Below the pieces are notes generated by a model. It was not told where the DNA came from and did no database searches. It saw only the letters and a list, made by a program, of their open reading frames with translations. A stretch of 63,021 bases of DNA, the filler included, from Dimorphilus gyrociliatus (lineage: Eukaryota > Animalia > Annelida), in the NCBI GenBank assembly GCA_904063045.1. It is 6 parts of 6 records of this genome, joined end to end, with 100 filler letters (N's around TTAATTAATTAA, not from the genome) between each part and the next. Parts side by side here need not be neighbours in the genome. Positions count along the whole stretch, not along the records: positions 7,877 to 23,729 come from CAJFCJ010000150.1; 5 more parts are not named here. One strand, 5' to 3'. Made by a program: the position numbers and the translations under genes. Numbering within the stretch: the stretch's first letter is position 1; every line of letters starts with the position of its first letter. Below are positions 9,896-22,983 of this stretch, piece by piece.

Positions 9896-12689
9896 AATGT
9901 GCAAATACTTTTCACTTATCAAAATGTGTAAACATGACATGTAGTTGCTTAAAAATTTATAGTGCCTAGACAGAATCAAGAGAAAGGTTTAACAATGAAA
10001 ATTTAGTAATTAATAAAAATTATTACAGAGTATCAGAGATAGTAATCAAGCTGTTTACAAATTAAAGCAAGTGTATGAATCCTTTTGAACCTACCTAATC
10101 AGGGGAGAAATATAAACATTGTGTACTAACCATTATTGATGTTTTCCACACAATTGACATTAAGTACCCTTTTTTGTGAAAAAGAAGTCCTTGTTTCAAT
10201 TGAACAGAATATTCTACCATAATTTTCAGATGTTGCACAATATTGGAAATAATAAAATGACCTCTGTTGAAGGAAATTATTATGTTATCAATTATTTTAT
10301 GAAATATTTTACAAACTTTTGGAACAAACTTTATAGGCTTGCATGAATGATAATCAATTGATTTATTAATTAAGCCACAAAGAAAGGTACATGCATCATA
10401 TATTTGAACTGTATTGCTAAATGCAGTTGGTATAATTCCAAAAGATTTTGACTTGATGTAGTATCTTAAGGATTGTTCCTCATCAAGAGTGAGTGAAAAC
10501 AAATATTTTTCCAATAATAAATGATTTAAATTTGCTAATTCTAATTTAATGTCTTTGAAAAAATAATATTAAATGTCTTACATATGAAGACACTTTTAAG
10601 TCATATATACCAACCATGCAGTTGATGAGAGAAGCATGTCATCATTAAACTAAAATTAAACTTTTGGAAACTTTTCTTATAGGTTTCATTTGAGTATAAA
10701 GCCAGTGAAACACCAAAAGTCAGGTTGTATTTTATATATGTTATAATGAAGAATTCAGCAAGTTTACAAAAATCATTTTTAGCTGAACTGTGACCTTGAA
10801 TTAAATAATTCTTTTGTTCATTTCTTAGAACTAAGTTATAGGTTTCAATTCTATCTTTGCTTGAAACTGGTATAGCAAAGATATCTGTAATAAATCAGTA
10901 TGGAGAATGAAAAAAGAAAAGGAACAAATGTCTAACAGGTAGAAACTTTTCTGAAACATTTCAACCACATTGCTCCATTGCTGTTTCTCCTGATATAATT
11001 TATGTTTGTTTTATAGAGCAAGCTTTTACCAAAAATTGAAGAAACAATCATTAGAAGTAAATTATTAATAATTTTACGCACAATTTACAAGTTTTTATAT
11101 CCTCATGTAACATGAATTTAGTATATTGAGCTACTCTTTGTAGGGACTTTGTTGAAAACAAATGATCATATCCTAATTTTTTACAAATTTCATTAGTTTT
11201 GGCCATTTCCATACTCTCATACATAATGTAATAACTTGGTCCGCCAAGTGACACCCATCCTGTCAATAATCCCTCAACAGAGATATTGTTTTCATCACGC
11301 TTTGTATTATTTAGAGATAATTCAGGACAAAATATTTCTTGAGCAAAATGTAACTTTAGACCAAATTTTAATAAAATAAAACTAAATTGGGGAAAAAATT
11401 TTAGTCTTTTCATATTAAACATAAAAAGCTAATTAAGCAAAGAATGTTTTTTCTTATGAAAAATTATTTTTTGAAGATTAGCTATTATATCTTTGTTCAT
11501 ACAAATTGAATGCTATTTTTAGACTTTTAGTAAAAGAAAAAGAAGATATATTAACCTTATATTTCAAATAATTAAAATTAATGAAAAGAACATTTATTAA
11601 TTAATTTTTTTATTTAATTACTTTACCTTTATATTCTGCAAAAATGAAAAGAGTTCAAATAACAAAAAGTTTTGTTTTATGGTCATGACTTCAAAATGGC
11701 ATATGCATTTGACACTACTTTTTACAGACACTGTTCTTATGGATTTATCAAATATTGGAATTCTATATAGTAATATTATTATAGTTTTATCCACAAAAGT
11801 TTGGTTACATTTAAAAAATCGATTAGAAGCCTTAATATTATGTACGATCGAAAAGTTTCAAACTCTGTACTTTTTTGTTAGAAATCTTTAACCAAATGTA
11901 TTAATTGTTTTTTTTTATATTATAGCCTATATGTTTTCCAGGTCTGATTCCATGTAATCTTTTTCTTAGTCTCTTTATGGTATTGTAGGAAGTTGACTAC
12001 TTCTCCATACTCCATGGATTCAATGTGGACTAAGTTTTTCAGCTGACTTAGCCAGTTAACATTTCTCTTCAGGTGAACATGAGGTATGTTTATACATCAC
12101 AGAAGATCTTTTTGATTCTGGATCATACAAGTGTACCAAGGCTTTATATCCAGTCACAATGTTTTCCAAAGTCTTTTTGCAATGCATCTTTGAAGTAGCT
12201 TCATACAATGATTTACCTTACCTCCTTTTGGTCGTCAATAAGGGCATAAGGAGTTCATTTTGCACAAAACTTTCTTTACCCCAGCGCTTTATTTTTTTGA
12301 TATTGTGGGATATACTTGAATCTTTCCTGTTTAGCCTGTTGATTCTTCTCTGTTCTGAATTGTTACAGCTGTCTCTGGATGACCAGATCTTGCCAATTTT
12401 TAAAATTTTTTCTTTCTTTTTTATATCAGATACCCATCTTCTTAAGGAACATAGAATACCAGTCATCTAATAAATGAATTTCATTTATTAACTAAATACT
12501 GGGAATATCATTGTAGTGTACAAGAATATCATGATAACAGCAATTAACACTTCTATGGGAAATTGCATTAAATAAATGTTGACATTGCATTGAAAATTTC
12601 AAATGATAATTAAAGGAAAAATATAAAACTTTTTAATTGCAATCATTTATCTCTTTTTTAAGATATGTTGTTTGAATGAATGATGAGCA

Positions 12690-13260
12690 TTTTGGAAAAA
12701 AGGTATGATTTTTTTACAAACTTGTAAATGAGATCAGCAGTAAAAATGTTCAAGCATATTTCCATGTCTAAGCCATCCATCAAAATCAATTTGAATATTT
12801 TTGAATAGTATGGCTGATATCCAAAAATTCTGTTCACATCAATTCCGAATGAATTTTTGAAATCATGTTAGAAATTATTTTAACTTTTTGGCTTTTTTGA
12901 CACAATCAAAAAGCCAATAGTGTTTGTTGTTGAAGTAAATTCTATATCCTGATGACAGTGTACTGACACATGAAAAGTCACTGATCTAAATAAGCAAATA
13001 TGATTATTCTCTGATTTCCAAATGCAACGTCTTTTTGCAAGAAATCATCAGGAAGAAAATCAATATTGATTTCAAAAAAAGGATCATTTGATGTTATAGG
13101 TCTTTTTTTCTGTCTGGTGATATTGGCTAATCTTCTCAAATTTTCCATATTTAGCAAACTATTCTCCTCAGCTGAACATTTCAATAAAATATCTTCAGCA
13201 ATTTTTCTCCCTGATGACCTGACATCATTATTACAAATGCTTCTTAGTTCTCTTCCACAA
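12690..13260 (-). mobile_element. Degenerate Mutator (MULE) transposase remnant truncating the Gypsy env
   Basis: NSLLNMENLRRLANITRQKKRPITSNDPFFEINIDFLPDDFLQKDV aligns by eye with NSLPQIESIKRSANRYKENQKPKHPDNLFFELEMDQIPNNFFLKDI of the transposase at 17190. Confidence 0.7.
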
Positions 13261-16200
13261 AAGGTCTGGGACTGGTGACAATGACTCTGTTACCTTCTTT
13301 TGTAAATGTCAGATAGTTTTGAAGAGGTATTGGGTGAATGCCAAGTTCATTAGCAAAATTGATATGCTTGTTATGCCTTGTTAATGTGTCTTGTATATAT
13401 CCAAGAACTTGTTGGAATTGTTGATGTTTCTTGCCAATGTCATCTTTCATGCCTAACTGCAATAAATCTGTAAGCCTTGCAACTTCTAGTTTTGATTCTT
13501 CACTTTCATGGCTGATTTTTATTCTTATTGATCTGGCAGCAGCTGTTTGAAATTTACAACCATTCTTTGTATAATAGATAAAAGTTTTGGTTTCAGATGA
13601 GTGTGGATTTTGGTTCAGCATCCAGTGGATTCTTTTTTATTTTGAAAAGATACTGTGTTTGGTCACATTTCCCATATCTTATATCCTCTTTTGTTATGTG
13701 GTAATCATGGTGTAGGATTGGATCAATTGAGAACAAAAGATCCTTATACTTGATGAAGAATTGTTTTGAACATAACCCATTTTTTGTTATGATTTCAATA
13801 TCACAAATTACTTGAACTGCTTTTAGTTTTGTGCATGTGTTGAGTGTTGTTAGATCACCCAGCCAGGTGGTATGAGTTGCTTGTGTTGGATCCAGTATTG
13901 TTGGAAGTTGAGGTGTCAAAGGTGTAAGCAAAGCAATCATCTTATTTCTCATAATGAACTCCATGCATAAAAGTTGAGATACTTGTTTGAATACAGTTTG
14001 TAGATTTTGGAAACTCTTGTCAATATTATTAAGCAAGGTAGATGTTTTAACAGCATTTTCAATGTCCAATTTGTGGTATTTTGATGGTGTCTTCATGTGT
14101 GTTTACCTATATACCATTTGTGAACAACAGGACTATGTTGCAAGAGGGTGTGAATTTTCCATTTGCTTTCATTACTTCAAATTGATTGCCTGTTGGACTT
14201 TCATACCAAACATTTAATTTTGGTAATGGGTTGAAAGTGATTTCTTTGTGTTTCAATTTGAATTCTTTTAGTCTGATTCTTACAGTAGGTTTTAATTTGG
14301 AATTATTCAGCATTGTCAGAATGTAATTGTTATCAATATCCTAAATGTCTGATGAAATAATATCATTCACAATATATGTTTTTACTAATGATATTGATTG
14401 GGTTCTTAGCAACATGTGATGCTTTCTATCACCTTCTCTATATCAATCATTATAATTTACAATATTTTGTTTATCTGTTTCATTTGCATTTCTCAGAAGT
14501 GATTTCTTTTTCCCTGTGTAATTTTCCAATCTTGTTGCCTTAATATTAGAAATAACTTGAAATTTTTGTTTACTAGCATTTTTCTATCTGCATAGTTTGA
14601 CTCTTGAAGATATGTTCTAAATACATCCATTGCTTTTTGTGGAACTAATACTCTTGTTTCTGGTCCTCCATATCCTCTTATGTATCTGTTTTGATATGGA
14701 AGATCCATAATTGCATAATTTGGGCATGAAAAGTATCCTCCTAGCTTAATGCATTCTATATTTTTTGCCACAGCTTTCCAAGGTGAGGTATGGCCAAGGA
14801 GGTGTTGTCCTTTCTTTGGATTAAATATAATAATTGAGCCCAGTGTTCCACAGAATTTATGTTTTATAGAACAGTCTTCCATATATTCCAGATTTGTAGT
14901 TATTCTATCTTGGCTGGGCTGCCAATAAGCTTTGCCAATTTGTAATATTGTTGTGAATTCTTCAACAACTGTTGTTCTTGGCCATTTGTAATATGGTCTC
15001 TTGTTTTCATCAAACACCAGAAGTTTTCCTTTCTGAAGAAGTTTTTGTCCATTAAGAGTTTTCTCAGAATTAAGCATTCTTCTACATTGTTTTTCGGGAC
15101 CAGTCGAAAATGGCCATAAATGAAATATTTGAAAGTTAGATTTCAGCCTGGGAAATGGTTAGGAGGAATAAGATAACTGTTGATATGTTCTTAGGAGGGT
15201 CCCATCTAAGGGTTAGGGGTATTCAAAAAGGTTAGGCAAAAACAAGGGCTGGGTTAGGGTTAGGGTAAAACCATAGATTTATGGCCGTTTTCTACCACAT
15301 CCTTGTTTTTCAGTTAAAGTAAGTGTTTGTTTTTCAATTCTGTGCTTTTTGCTCCAAAGAAGTAATATGTGTAAAAGTTGATTCTTCTTTTCACAACACA
15401 CTTAATTGCTTGAATTGCTAAATTGTCAGCTTTAATTTCATACACATTAGCCACAATTTTGGTCATTTGTATGGTTTCAAACGTACAAATGGGTTCATCT
15501 GCTAAATCAAATGATTGATGTACTTGCTGTCCTTGGCAAAGCTGTACTGGTGGTAGCATTCTTACAGTTATGTTTGCTTTTGTTATGGATACATTTGCTT
15601 GAACCAAGTTTAAACAACAGATTGTGAGCAAAGTGTAGATTATAGATCCTCTGATAGGAAGTGTTTGACCAGATCTTTGTTGCTTTTCTACTTTAATTGC
15701 ATTAACTGGTATAGGTTGTTTGTTAGCTAGTCTTAATCTACTAGCATGATAGAATTTGCTTTTATCTGCCAATATTTCCAATTCATATAAACATTTTGTA
15801 GTATCAGTAGCAGTTACAAGGTATGGTGTCCATTCCATTTGCTTGTATTTATTCTGTTCATTCCTTGACCAATGTGTTCATTTCTTATGTGTACCCAGTC
15901 ATCCACTTTGTAAATTGGTGGTTTTCTGGTAATTGTTTTATAGGCTCTATCTCAATATTCCTTCTTTTTCAAAATGGATTTACAAAGTGTTGTTGCTCTA
16001 ATTTCTTATAGTTCATGTTTCCTATCAAATAAGAAGTTTGTTGTTGGTTCTAATCTTGGAATTTCCATTAATAAATCTAAAACATTTCTATTTTTTAATC
16101 CAAATAATATTTCATGTGCAGTTTTACCAGTGCTTCCAACTGGAATTTGGTTTAAACATGTCTGGATTATTGGTAATTGTCTTGTCCAATCTGTCAATTG

Positions 16201-16490
16201 TTCCAGAACTACATGTTTATGTAGTGCTTTCTGAATTTCCAAATTCTTTCTTTCTACCATTCCATTACTTTGGCTATGAAATGCTGTTGTTTTAATTTTT
16301 CTTATTCCCATTAATGTTACCTCTTTTGTAAATATTTCTCCAAGAAAATTTCGTCCTTGGTCTGTGAGAATTTCTTCTGGAATACCAAATATTGGGAAAT
16401 AATTACTTAAAGTTGATAGAGGAATTACAAGTAGTGGTTGACAGCCATTTAGATACCATACTAGATCTTCTTTCACAAACATATCTTTGA
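13244..16490 (-). mobile_element. Decayed Ty3/Gypsy LTR retrotransposon: integrase core + GPY/F module followed directly by an env-like glycoprotein
   Basis: Integrase core FGIPEEILTDQGRNF...TTAFHSQSNGMVERKN (16006-16482). YKVDDWV...KW and WTPYLV...FYHASRLRL C-terminal module. Then a signal peptide (IIYTLLTICCLNLVQA) and Cys-rich ORF pieces at 15314-15838, 14493-15077, 14107-14313, 13593-14096 and 13244-13621. Confidence 0.8.
15096..15302. mobile_element. Mutator-type MITE, 207 bp, inserted in the env ORF; 9-bp TSD TTGTTTTTC
   Basis: TSD at 15087-15095 and 15303-15311. Subterminal inverted repeat GTCGAAAATGGCCATAAAT / ATTTATGGCCGTTTTCTAC. Removing the element and one TSD rejoins ...TEKQ|CRRMLNSE. 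Confidence 0.88.
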
Positions 16491-16500
16491 TATAATTTTT

Positions 16501-18267
16501 GGGGTCAGGACAGTTTGCCCCTGGACAGTTCGCCCCATTTTAGAGACAGTTCACCCCATTTCAGGGATACTTTATCCCTTTCAAGATTGATTGACCCTTC
16601 AGTAGGGAAAGAGTGATGTTCTACTTATTACATTTTGTTTTTTGTTATTTTACTGTTATTTTTATATCTTTGATATTCTCAGCAAAACATACCTCATTAA
16701 TGTTACTGTTACCAGCTTTTTTTACAAATCTATTTCCTGTTCCTCTGAAGGAAAAGTCTTTTGAATTAAATGAATTTTTATTATTTTGAATGATACTTTA
16801 CAGAGATTGGTTTAACTATTGAATTGATTGGTGTAAAAATGAATTTAAAAACCTGTTGGTGTTGTATGAGGAAATTTTATTGGAATCAGCAAAAAATAAG
16901 ATGCAAATTATGTAAAGACTTTTATCACCAAAAGTGCTCAAAAGGTAATCGAATTTATTTTTTTTCATTTATTTCAATGAATTTTTTTATAAAGCAGATG
17001 CTGATTATTGTGTTGATTGTTTCAATATTACAAAACAACAAGTTGTTATCAGAATAAGAAGAGTAGATCAAATGATGGAAGAAAATGGATTTGATAAAAG
17101 TAGTCCTAAACATATGTCTACTGTTAATAAAACCTTTCAGGAAGAAAATCAGGTGATGTATTAAACTTAATCTTTCTTCAATTATTAACATGAAATTCTG
17201 CTTACAGTTAACATTATCATTTGATTTTGAAAATAACTTTGTGGAAAATGAGGAAGGAAGAAGTCATTCATCAGATAATGATCAAGAAAGAAGAATTGAT
17301 GTACATGATGAAATTTCATTCAATAAAAGTCAGGAAGTCAGTTCTGATGCTGAAAATGTTGATACTTTTCAAATAATAGAAGGAGGAAGTAGGAAAGGAA
17401 AAGATATTTTATTACATAAGAACTTCTCATACACAATTAAGAATACTACAAAAACATCTAAAACTTGGAAATGTACTCAGAGATCAAAAACACAAAGCTG
17501 TACAGCATACATTATCCAAAAAGGTTCAAGATTCATTGTGAAAAAAGATCATACTCATTTTAATAATGAAAAGAGTCTGGAACAAAGAATCAAAGCAAGA
17601 GTATATTTAAAGAAACTCATTTTGGAAAGAAGTGAAAGGTCTGGAAAAAGATTGGCTGAAGATGTTGCAATGGACTTTAGAGACAATGCTAATTCTTTGC
17701 CTCAAATTGAATCAATTAAAAGATCAGCAAACAGATATAAAGAAAATCAAAAGCCAAAACACCCAGATAACTTATTTTTTGAACTAGAAATGGATCAGAT
17801 CCCAAATAATTTCTTTTTAAAAGACATACAAGGCGAAAAACATAGAAGCATCATATTTGGAACTAAATATCAATTGGAATTGTTGGCTAAGTGTAAAATA
17901 TGGTTTATTGATGGGACTTTTAAAGTGGTTAAAGAGCCATTCTATCAACTATTCTCTATTCATGGCTTCATTAAAAACAATGGTGAATATCTTCAAGTTC
18001 CACTTTTATTTATTTTCATGAGTGGAAAGAAGAGGAAGCATTACATTGAAGTTTTCAAGGTAAAATTATTATATATATCTTAAAAGAAATGAATGTTTGT
18101 TTTTTCATTCATAGGCAGTAGATTGTTTAATAAGTGACAGAAAACTACAAAAAGTTGTTTTAGATTTTGAGAAAGGTCTTTGGACTGCAGTAACACAAGT
18201 TTTTCCAGGAGTTGACTTACAAGGATGTTGTTTTCATTTCAAGCAATCAATCCTTCGAAATATACAG
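16501..18267 (+). mobile_element. Mutator/FLYWCH DNA transposon with spliced transposase (PHD-like exon, FLYWCH, MULE DDE core); 3' part not found
   Basis: Subterminal tandem repeats GGACAGTT(T/C)GCCCC at 16507-16560; C/H-rich CWCC...CKLCKDFYHQKC; FLYWCH-like WKCTQR...CTAY...HTH; WFIDGTFK. A GT-AG intron at 18060-18114 is followed by an exon with LDFEKGLW and GCCFHF. Confidence 0.85.
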
Positions 18268-19283
18268 GTATAGTTTGATGTTTAACTCTTTTTAATATAC
18301 CTCTCACAATTTGTATAACACAATTTGGACATATTTCATATTTCTTACATTCCATTGTTCAAGTTTCTTAGGCTTTTTTTATTGCTGATTTATTGTGAAT
18401 TTGGCTAAATAAATAAGTTTTATTGAGGTGAAAATCATTGAGTTCTGTGCAAATGTACAATTTCAGAGTTGCTTCAAATCTAAATATGTCCATTTCCAAA
18501 TTAATTTTAAAGAATCAACTGGAATCTGAATAAAAACAGCCCACTTTTTGATGTTTGTTTAGCCCTAACAACCCTAATTAAGCCCTACAGCAACTGGAAA
18601 TGATTGAAATGGAAATTTTGCCTAACCTTAAAAGTTGCAAAAATTTTACCCTAAATTTTAGCCTACTGAGCTATTTACTCCCAGCCCTTATCAACCATTC
18701 CCAAGTTATTGTCAAGTGTCTTTATAAATGTATAACAAGCATACTACATTATACTAGATTACTTTAAAGTACTAAAAGTTCTAGAAAACTCCCAGGGTCT
18801 TTGATCCTTGTCAAAAAAATTGTACTAAATAGTTGTCTTATTAACTTTCTGTTATTATATTATAATCAAATTTTGAATTAAAAAATTGTTTTCAAATGCT
18901 TAAAAAAAATCCAAAAATAAAAAAAGGAATGCTAGAAAATTACTGGTGTAAATCTTTTCTCAATTCATAAAATGAATGATATTGCATTATCTTTAAATTA
19001 TTTCGCAATAAGATTAAAAGTTTTTATTTCAGGTAAAAAAAGATTTTCTTATCAGAGACAAAATTGAACACATAAAAAGGAAAATGAAATTTTCAACAGT
19101 GACTTTCATCCCACTTGAGAGAAAGAATATGAAGTTGTTAGCAACTGCTTTATTGTGTTAATAGTTTTTTGTTTCTTTTTAAGAGTTTCATTAATAATTT
19201 ATAACATTTTTCTTTTACTTTTGAATAGTATTTACATTAGTTGAGTACATTTTTCTGGATTTGTTTGTCCTGTCAACTCTGAA

Positions 19284-20330
19284 TTGAAGCCTATTGAGGG
19301 TGCCTTTGCTGACCCTGATAACTGTGGAATTTACTATAATTGTATAAATGGTACAGCTCATCCTCAACAATGTCCTCCTGGACTTTTATTTACCATCTCC
19401 CTAACCAATTGCAAATATAGTATGTGTGTTGAACCACATATGGCTGATTGTCCAGGAGATGACTCATCAATGATTTTAGAATCTAATGATAGTATTGAAC
19501 ATTCAGCAGATGTTGATATTGTTAATAAAGTTGACAAATTGTGTTATGTTAGAAATTCTGACTGTGAAGATAGTCAAAATGGAACATATCCTAACAAGAA
19601 TGATTGTAGGCAATATTATCACTGCTATAATGGTGTTGCTTGGCCCCAACAATGTCCACCAGGTTATTTTTTTAGTCCATCATTAAACATTCGAGATTGC
19701 GCAACAAAAGTATGTGTTACGGCTGATGAATCCATGTGTAGAATACCAGGAGGATGGTCAGAATGGTCTACGTGCAGTGAATGCAATCCAAATTGTGGAG
19801 ATGGTCTTCGAACCTGTGTAAGAAACTGTACAAACCCTCCACCATCCAATGGAGGAGCTGATTGTCCAGGAAATTCAGTTGATGTTTTACTATGCTCAAA
19901 TCCTCCATGCAATTTAAATAAAAACCCAGCTTTTATGGTATCTATGACAAGATCTACTTTATTACGACCTGGAAGATTGGTATGGAGTAAAGTAAATCAT
20001 GACAATGGTGACTTATTCAATACATCTACAAACTCATTAAACATAAAAAAGAATGGATTGTACTTTATATCATCTACTGCCACAACTTCTCTATCTTCAA
20101 ATAGAGATTTTTTAATGCTAACAAATGGTTTAAGATCTAATACTGCTCTCTTCAAAGATCAAAGTTTCCATAGTGATACTTTTAGCATTGCTGGAATATA
20201 ATCACTAAATTCTCTCTCAAAACCTTATCAGGAGATTAGGCAAAGTACTGAGATTGTTAGCAGTGAAAATGGGTGTCAGACATCTTGGAGTGGCTTTTTT
20301 TTCTTACATAATCAGAAATATGTGGGAAAT
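19284..20330 (+). CDS. Secreted-type protein: 2x chitin-binding (CBM14/peritrophin-A) + TSP1 + C1q-like domain; in-frame stop at 20199-20201; 5' exon uncertain
   Basis: Two DNC..YY.C.NG....QCPPG..F repeats; TSP1 GGWSEWSTCS..CG.G.R...R.CTNPPPSNGGADCPG; C1q-like PAFMV...FNTSTN....NGLYFIS. The same frame continues past the TAA to QTSWSGF, a C1q-like terminal strand. Confidence 0.75.
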
Positions 20331-22983
20331 TTATTGATATATGCTTAAAGAAGAAACACAATGGTATATATAGAAAATTCTTTTAAGTATTCTTATGTCA
20401 GTTGTTGAGCACTGTTGAAAGCAATATTTCAGCAAAATTTTAGAGTAAATATCACTACAATTTTAACTATGTAATTTCTTCAACCTAACCCAAATATATG
20501 ATATTTTATCTTTTTCAATATTAGAATACAGAAAAGATGCTTAAAATACCTCTCTATGACCACAATCTCAAATATCTAATTGTACTAAGGTGTCCAAATC
20601 AATTCATGTTACACAGTAAATATTTTAAATCAAGACCTGATACAGTTGCAAGGAAAACTAATAGAGACACCCAGAACCCTTCTCCTAAAGAACATGTAAT
20701 GTCTTGTAATATTTTCACCAAATCTAAGGATGATGAAATGGATAAGAAAAAATCTGGAAAAGAATTTAGTGAAAGCAATGAAAAATGGTATAAAGAGTAT
20801 GATACATTTTACTTAAATCACTATGGAACAGATTCAGGTATAGCTGATTTAGAGAAGCTGATAAATCAAGAGAAAATGAAATCATAATAAAGACAGCAAT
20901 TGACAAATTCAGGATGTTGTCTAAACAGTTATAATTAATCAAATGACTCAGACAGAGACATGGGCTACATATTTTCTGTTAAATCTTTTAAAATCTGGCA
21001 ACAATAGGTTATCAAATTTTTCATTGTTGTGTCTTGTTTCCAGGACAATTTCATTGCTGTGTAATCATGATGATATTTTGAGCTTTTGTCAAACAATTAT
21101 CAATCTCTTTTTACGTATCAATTCTCTTTATCAATACAACAAAGGTTCTCTTGAGCAAAAGCGCAATTTTTTTAAATTATAGACTTAATAGTTTTAACTG
21201 AAATATAAAAATCACAAAAATGGCGTCCACTAGCTTATAAAGAGAAGATCTGATTTATGGAATTTGGATTTTCGTACCAGTACCTTTTAAACAGCTTTCA
21301 ATCAATGAATTAGAATCATTAGAATGCTCAGTGAAGCATTTAATAAAAAAATATATGCTCAACATGTCTATTGTTAAATTACAATAGTGAAAGAGGAAGA
21401 TAAGAGACATAAGGGCTATGAATCAATCTTCTGAGTGGATAGCTTTGGGGCAGACAGAAAATGTCCACAAATGAGAAATTGAAGGCTAGATTTTGGATTG
21501 AAAAATGGTTAGCAAGAAGGAAATATCTTTTTCTCCTGTACTTTGTTGTATTGTAATTGTAGGAATTTCTGGTTCGTCACAACTGTAATCGTCCTTTCCA
21601 ATCATTTACCAACTTGCCAAAGTACTGGTCCAAATAGAACCTTTAAAGTTCGTCCACAAATAGTCTAACAAAGGCAATTTCGGTAGAAATTGATTAACAA
21701 AACACCAGTATTTCGTCCAAAGAATATGTATTGAGTAAAATGAGCTTCTAGTTCTAAACAAGCTAGTTTAAACAACTAGCTGATGGTTAGAAAACTGAAC
21801 TATCACCTGTTAATTTCGTAGGGTTTATATACTCTTTTAAGGGTTGATAGTTCACAAATTTCAATGTTCACAAAAACAAAAGTAACATTTGAAGACAAAG
21901 AAAAGTTCTAAATATGGTCATGTTTTTATTGTTTTCCTCTTCTAAATAATAGTTGAATTTCAAAGGTTGGAGAGTTGCATAAGATGTAACAATTTTAGTA
22001 GGACAAGTCCAACAATCAAGAAAACATGTAGATTGTATATTTGACCATTTTTATATTCTACCTTAATAATGATATTCAATTGATTGAGTTAGTAAATTTA
22101 TCATCAGCATATAAGGAGGAAGTATATCTGATTAATGCATGTTAAAAGAACAGTATTGTGTATACAATACTGTTGATAGTGATATAATCTAAACTAGAAT
22201 TTAAGCATAATTGATAATTAATTGAACTAGTTTTAGTTCGAAATCATAAATTTATGGATTAATAAATTGTAATATTAATGCTAGGTTGCAAATAGCAAAT
22301 ATTCTTTATATAATTCAATAGGTTTTATTACTGCATAATGTGTATGCACTGCCCTATGCGAAACTAGGTCACTACTGCTTATCTTATCAGTGCTATCTGC
22401 ATAGTACAATACTGGTTCAATACTACTTCTCTATTGTAGAATATAGCTGACGAATGTATGTGTACATCTCCCTCTCCATAAAACTGGTTACGATTTAACT
22501 CCATTATGGATATGGTTTAACCACAGCATGGTTTCAGCTAAATGTTGTTGAAAACACCACAAGTTTGGACAACTTATTATCAAAAAGAACCTAATCCATC
22601 CACCCTACCTTGCCTATTCTATCAAATTGAATCACAAACAATGCAATTTAAGCAGATGAATCACATCCCCTATTCATACATTGTGACCTTGAAACCATCA
22701 CACAAACTTTGGAATATACATTCTGGTACCCAAAGCTGAAGAATAATTGTAAAAACCGTCCATGTCTATGTGTGAAATATGTGAACAACTAATATACTGG
22801 TTCTACTCAAACCTTTAAACAAATGTTCAATTGAAATGGTTTAATCATAATAGAATACTCAAACAAGTAACAATGTAAAAGTTTCACTAGCAGAGCAGAT
22901 GGTTTGCAATATCAATTACCAAATCAGAATCCAATGTTGAGGAGTGCAAGACTTGATCCTCTAAGGTGATCAATTGGAGACAT

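Noticed and set aside
10095-11422. Two minus-strand ORFs (139 and 123 aa) as transposase remnants
   Set aside because: No catalytic or family motif could be identified with confidence.
12949-12980. CTGATGA...GAAA as another hammerhead
   Set aside because: The CAGT/ACTG hairpin does not abut GAAA, and no stem I or III or NUH site forms.
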